DNA from: an uncultured delta proteobacterium
GTDB taxonomy: Bacteria > Desulfobacterota > Binatia > UBA9968
Length of the DNA: 64,000 nucleotides
Reading direction: 5' to 3'
NCBI GenBank assembly: GCA_963745035.1
Contig: CAVUVW010000026.1
Coordinates: 64,001-128,000, forward strand
Part shown: one piece after another, positions 59,246-64,000 of the stretch
Position numbering within the stretch: position 1 is the stretch's first letter
Layout of the letters: the number at the start of each line of letters is the position of its first letter
The notes under the pieces: generated by a model
Databases searched by the model: none
Told to the model about the DNA's origin: nothing
What the model saw: only the letters and a program-made list of their open reading frames with translations
Translations under genes and position numbers: made by a program

Positions 59246-60691
59246 ATGGCTAAGGATCTCAGGACCTTTATATCGGACTGCGAGCGTCAACTGCCGGGCG
59301 AGGTGATCCACATCACCAAGGAAGTCAATCCGGCGAATTACGACGTCACGGCGATCATCAAGCATCTCGGCGCGCAGAAGAAGTTTCCCATCATCATCTT
59401 CGACAATCCTAAGAATTTGAACGGCAAAGTCGGCCCGATCAAGCTGACGATGAACTGTGAGATCTCTCAAGGGAAGACGCAGATCGCTCTAGGCATGCCG
59501 AAAAACGCGACGCGTCCGCAGATGGCGGAAAAGTGCCTTGAGATGGAAGAGCATCGGGTTCCGCCGACGATCGTCAGCAAAAAGGACGCGCCGATCAAGG
59601 AAAACACCATGGTCGGCAAGGACGTGGATCTCTATCAGATCCCCATCATGCGCCACCACGAGATGGACGGCGGCCCGTATATCGTCTTGTCGACGATCAC
59701 CAAGGACCGTAAGTCGGGCATCTACAATCTCTCGTATCATCGCATGGAGGTGAAATCGAAAAATTCGACGGCGCTGTATGCCTCGCCACGCCATCTCTGG
59801 AAGATTTTCAAGGACTACGAAGAAAACAATATGGAGATGCCGGTCGCCACGGTGCTGGGCCATCACCCGGCGTTTCATATGGGCGCTTGCTACAGCGGGC
59901 CGTTCGAAGTCAGCGAGTATGATGTCATCGGTGGATACCTCGGCGAACCGTTGCGACTGGTCGCTTCGGAAACTTTTGGCGATGATTTACTGATCCCGGC
60001 TGATGCTGAAGTCGTCATCGAAGGCGTGCTCAAGCCGGGCGGCCGCGTCGTCGAAGGACCGTTCGGCGAAGCCCCCGGTTATCTCGGCCCGCAGCGGTAT
60101 ACGACCTGCGTTCACTATGAAGTGCGCGCCATCAACTATCGCAACGGCGCCATGTATCAATCGGTCATCACGCCGGAAGGCGACAAGCCGTGGATGGATC
60201 TGCCGCGCGAAGGCGCGTATCTGCGCCGCTGCCGCGAAGCGGTTCCAGGCGTAACCGCGGTCTGCAAGCAGGGCCGGCACGCGCATTACAACGTATTTAT
60301 CTCTATGAAAAAAATGTCGGAAGGCGATCCAGGCCGAGCCGCCGCTGCTGCGTTGACCTTCGATCACACCAAGAACGTTTTCGTTTTCGACGACGATATC
60401 GACGTGTTCAATCCGACGGATATTCTTTGGGCCTTTGCCACCCGCGTACAACCGCATCGCCAGGTGTCGATCTTGCAGCCGCTTTTCCGCGGCAATTTCC
60501 TGGATCCGTCGTTGGTCGACGAGATCAAAACCTCCGGCATGATCGTCGACGCCACCAAGCCGCTCGACCGGCCGTTTTCGCCGGTTTCGAAATGTCCGGA
60601 TGAGGCGATGGAGCGGATCAAGTTGGAGGAGTATGTGCCCGGTGAAGTTCTGCAACATATTCCGATGGATCGCACGACATACTGGGCGTAA
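59246..60691 (+). CDS. UbiD-family (prFMN-dependent) decarboxylase
   Basis: KDLRTFI, DGGPYI, YHR, EGPFGE, VFDDDID. Confidence 0.92.
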   Translation: MAKDLRTFISDCERQLPGEVIHITKEVNPANYDVTAIIKHLGAQKKFPIIIFDNPKNLNGKVGPIKLTMNCEISQGKTQIALGMPKNATRPQMAEKCLEMEEHRVPPTIVSKKDAPIKENTMVGKDVDLYQIPIMRHHEMDGGPYIVLSTITKDRKSGIYNLSYHRMEVKSKNSTALYASPRHLWKIFKDYEENNMEMPVATVLGHHPAFHMGACYSGPFEVSEYDVIGGYLGEPLRLVASETFGDDLLIPADAEVVIEGVLKPGGRVVEGPFGEAPGYLGPQRYTTCVHYEVRAINYRNGAMYQSVITPEGDKPWMDLPREGAYLRRCREAVPGVTAVCKQGRHAHYNVFISMKKMSEGDPGRAAAAALTFDHTKNVFVFDDDIDVFNPTDILWAFATRVQPHRQVSILQPLFRGNFLDPSLVDEIKTSGMIVDATKPLDRPFSPVSKCPDEAMERIKLEEYVPGEVLQHIPMDRTTYWA

Positions 60692-60927
60692 GAGTTTAAT
60701 TACCCATTTGGCTATATTCAGGAGGAACGATGGGCCAGGCTGTAGAGATAACTTGTCCAAGCTGTAAAAAGGTTTTCGTGGTGAATCCGCACATGCTCGG
60801 GTCGGGCATGAACTTTCATTGTCCATTCTGCGATCTTTATTTTCCGGAAAAAGACAGCCCGAAAATCCGCAAATAGTTTCACGCCGGCCACGGCGATTCT
60901 TTCGCCGTGGCCTTTTCTACTTCATCC

Positions 60928-63222
60928 ATGAACGAGAAGCACAGTTATTCGATTGCGGGAACCAATGCGCCCAGGGTCGACGGCGTCGAAAAAGTAACCG
61001 GCAAAGCGATCTATACGGGCGATATCCAGCTTCCGGGGATGGCGCATGCGCGTATACTGCGCAGCCCCGTCGCTCACGCGAAAATCGTTAAAGTCGACGC
61101 GACAAAGGCGAAGGAGCTTCCGGGCGTTATCGCGACCCTGACGCGCGATGATATCCAAGTGTTCAATTACAAGTACGGCGCGACATATAAAGATCAGTCG
61201 ATCGTTGCAGTCGATAAGGTCCGCTACGTCGGCGATCCGGTGGCCGCGGTACTGGCCGATGATCCGCCACGGCGGAACAGGCTCTGGAGTTGATCGAAGT
61301 CGAGTACGAAGAACTGGCCGAAAGTAACCAACATCGAAGAGGCTACCGCGCCGGGAGCCGTTCTCGTTCACGAAGCGGGCGTGGCGCGCGCCGAGCTGCG
61401 CGGCTCGGTTTACGGCGCGCCGGAGCGATTCAACGGTACCAACATTTGCTATTACCTCACCTTCGGGCGCGAGGATGTGGAAAAAGGCTTTGCCAAGGCC
61501 GATCAGATTTTTGAAGACACGTTCCGCTTTCAAAAAGTTCAGCACTATTCGCTCGAAGCGCACAACAATATCGCCTACTACGACGGCGAGAAGCTCACAG
61601 TCTGGGCGTCCTGCCAGGACCCGTTCACTCTGCGCGATCATCTCTCCGGCATATTTCGTCTGCCGCTCAGCCGCATAAGAGTTATCGTCCCGTACGTCGG
61701 CGGCGGCTACGGCGGCAAGCTCTACGTCAAAGCGGAGCCAATTTCGGCGGCGCTGTCGTGGATGACACGCAGGCCGGTAAAGCTTCAGCTATCGATCAAC
61801 GAAAGCTTCAAGACCGTCACGCGCCATCCGGCGCGCGTCACGGTGAAAACCGGGGTCACGAAGGACGGCAGGCTGATCGCGCGCGAGTGCCAGGTCTACA
61901 TGGACACCGGCGCTTACGCGGACGCCGGTCCGCGCGTGACGCAGAAAGCGGCTTATCGAGCTCTAGGCCCTTATAGGATTCCGTACGCTAAAGTCGAAGC
62001 TTACGGTGTTTACAGCAACACCGTCCCGGCGGGTGCTTTTCGCGGTTTCGGCGCGCTGCAAGTCACTTGGGCTTACGAATCACAGATGGACATGATCGCC
62101 GATCGGCTCGGCATCGATCCGCTGGAATTCCGCATCAAGAATCTACTCAAGAAGGGCGACATCTACACGAAGGGTGACACCCCCGTGGATTGCGATCTGG
62201 AAGAGGGACTGTTGAAAGTCGCCGACGCGATCAAGTGGAAGGAAAATTCCAGCAAGCCCAATCGCGCCAAAGGCATCAGCTGCTGCATCAAGGACGCCGG
62301 CGGAACTTACAAAGTTGCGGGGGCCACGGTCAAAATGTCATCCGATGGCAGCATCGTCTTGCTCACCGGCACGGTTGAAATCGGTCAGGGACCGCGCACG
62401 GCATTGAGCCAAGTCGTTTCGGAAGAACTCACAGTAGGCATGGAGCAAATCACCGTTGCCCAACTCGATACCGACGTGACGCCCTACGACATCTCCACCA
62501 GCGCCAGCAGTTCGATGGTGGTCATGGGGACTGCGGTGCTGCGAGCGGCGCAAGACGCGCGCAAGCAGTTGCTGCAGTGCGCCTCCAAGGTGCTGAAACA
62601 AAAAGTTGAAAACCTGAAACTTCACAACGGTCACGTCGTCTTTGGCGAGAGCGCGCCTATTTCCTTTAGCAAAGTGATCGTTGATTTCTTCGGCAGCAAG
62701 GCCGGAGAAATTATCGGTAAAGGACTTTACCAAGATAAAAAGAACCCCAAGGCCGTATTGGGGTCGACAACGACATTCTGGGAGGTGGGGTGGGGTGGTG
62801 TCGAGATCGAAGTCGATCCAGACACGGGTATGGTTCGGGTTCTGAATTACGTTTCTGCTTGCGATACCGGCAAGGCGATCAATCCGGAGCAGTGCATCGG
62901 CCAAGACGAAGGCGCCGTCTTATTCGGCATCGGCCACACTTTAATGGAAGAAATGGTTTACGAGGACGGCCAGCTTTTGAACGGCAATCTGGTCGACTAT
63001 CGCGTCCCAAGATTCGACGATGCGCCGGAACATCTCCACACGATTCTCATCGAGAACGGCAATGGTCCAGGTCCGTTCGGCTCCAAAGGCATCGGCGAGG
63101 GAGGCCTGTTGCCGGTCGCCTCCGCGGTCGCCAACGCGGTTGCGCGCGCGGTCGGCGTGCGCATTCAGGAATTGCCGCTCACCCCGCCGAAGATCTGGCA
63201 GGCGTTGCAACGAAAACAATAG
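60928..63222 (+). CDS. Xanthine dehydrogenase-family molybdopterin-binding subunit (frameshifts near 61270-61320)
   Basis: KVTGKA.Y, GGGYGGK, AFRGFG, EIGQG, GSKGIGE. Confidence 0.9.
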
Positions 63223-63366
63223 CTCCGCTATCGCTTTTGATATCTTAAAGTTATTGTTTATATCGGATGCGCGGAGTTACGCCGATCTCGGCTCGGCTCG
63301 TCAGGGCTGTGAAAGCGGCATCGAAATTAGAATCGGGTCAAACTAGATCCTGCCTCATGCGAGAGA

Positions 63367-63870
63367 CTAAACCTCCAAAACCTGCCCGCATTTTTTGCAC
63401 GTCGCCAACGCCGCATTGCTCTTCAATGCGTTGGTTGCCTCATTGACGGCGCCGCCCGGATCGTCGAAGCGAACCCGGGCTTCGTACAGATTATTGCCGC
63501 AGTTTTCGCACGGCCAGATGAAGCGATCGATTTCCTGCGGGCTGCGGCGGCGCTCGACGACGAAAGTCCATGAGCCGTCCGCTCGGCGCGGCGAATGCGG
63601 AATGCTGGCCGGCAAAAGAAATAAATCGCCGGCGCCCAGCACGGCGACATCGTGTTTGTCGTCTTTCAGATAATGAAGATTCAGCTCGCCTTCGAGCTGG
63701 TAGAAAATCTCATCGCCGGGATTGATGTGATAGTCTTTGCGCTTGTTCGGCCCGCGCGTGACAAATGCGATGAAATCGGAGTCCTGCCAGATGACCCTTC
63801 GCTGGCCCCAATTGCCGCGATTCTCGTCGATCCATTTCTGGAGACTGAAGCCTTTCAGATGTGGCAGCAT
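63367..63870 (-). CDS. nbaC: 3-hydroxyanthranilate 3,4-dioxygenase
   Basis: GPNKRKDYHIN..DEIFYQ, PHSPRR, VVERRR, CENC...CKKC rubredoxin-like site. Confidence 0.85.
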   Translation of the reverse strand: MLPHLKGFSLQKWIDENRGNWGQRRVIWQDSDFIAFVTRGPNKRKDYHINPGDEIFYQLEGELNLHYLKDDKHDVAVLGAGDLFLLPASIPHSPRRADGSWTFVVERRRSPQEIDRFIWPCENCGNNLYEARVRFDDPGGAVNEATNALKSNAALATCKKCGQVLEV

Positions 63871-63936
63871 AAGACCTCCATCGGATGGAAACACTATAGA
63901 ATTGCCTCCGGCGGGGAATCAAGGCTAAAACTAGCC

Positions 63937-64000
63937 ATGGTGTCGGCACGCAAACGAATGAAGTTGAAATCCGGCCGCATCGGCTTGATTTCCGACACGC
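63937..64000 (+). CDS. Metallophosphoesterase, 5' fragment
   Basis: ...RIGLISDT(H) at the window edge. Confidence 0.6.
   Translation, partial: MVSARKRMKLKSGRIGLISDT

Noticed and set aside
38705-60826. Long antisense ORFs (38705-39952, 43387-44670, 45872-47122, 52607-53611, 59987-60826 and similar)
   Set aside because: GC-rich shadow frames opposite well-supported genes.
10990-61330. Many single-base frameshifts (terL, pal, oppA, Bug, two amidohydrolases, xdh) as programmed frameshifting or true pseudogenes
   Set aside because: They also hit core genes, several lie in homopolymers and I see no shared slippery motif; assembly indel error is more likely. Raw reads would settle it.

Overview
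Bacterial chromosome window, probably from a soil-type Candidatus Binatia/Deltaproteobacteria genome (inferred from gene content only), in two parts. (1) 1-~36,400 is a lower-GC mosaic of tandem integrated elements, delimited by two identical 26-bp tRNA-Glu 3'-end copies (13532-13557, 34939-34964). Element 1 (<1-13557) is phage-derived: Cro/XRE regulators, TerS-like gene, terminase large subunit (split by an IS110, nuclease segment apparently permuted), Bbp16-like cement protein and scaffold-like protein, with no capsid, portal or tail gene in view. Element 2 (13532-34964) has a remnant tyrosine integrase, integron cassettes with attC sites but no intI, an IS5-type element and many small paralogous genes. 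It also carries a twice-repeated non-coding scaffold with different cargo: an inverted AGGATTGAACTG site, cargo ending in attC, a 130-bp element, a reversed methyltransferase and a tRNA-Lys att arm. (2) ~36,450-64,000 is GC-rich core metabolism: opp ABC genes, accBC, peptidases, two Mo-hydroxylase large subunits, an LLM monooxygenase, orphan NMT1/SsuA-like binding proteins, Bug, three amidohydrolases, USP, UbiD and 3-hydroxyanthranilate dioxygenase, with REP-like repeats. Many single-base frameshifts, including in core genes, suggest assembly indel errors. All calls come from reading the sequence; no searches were run.
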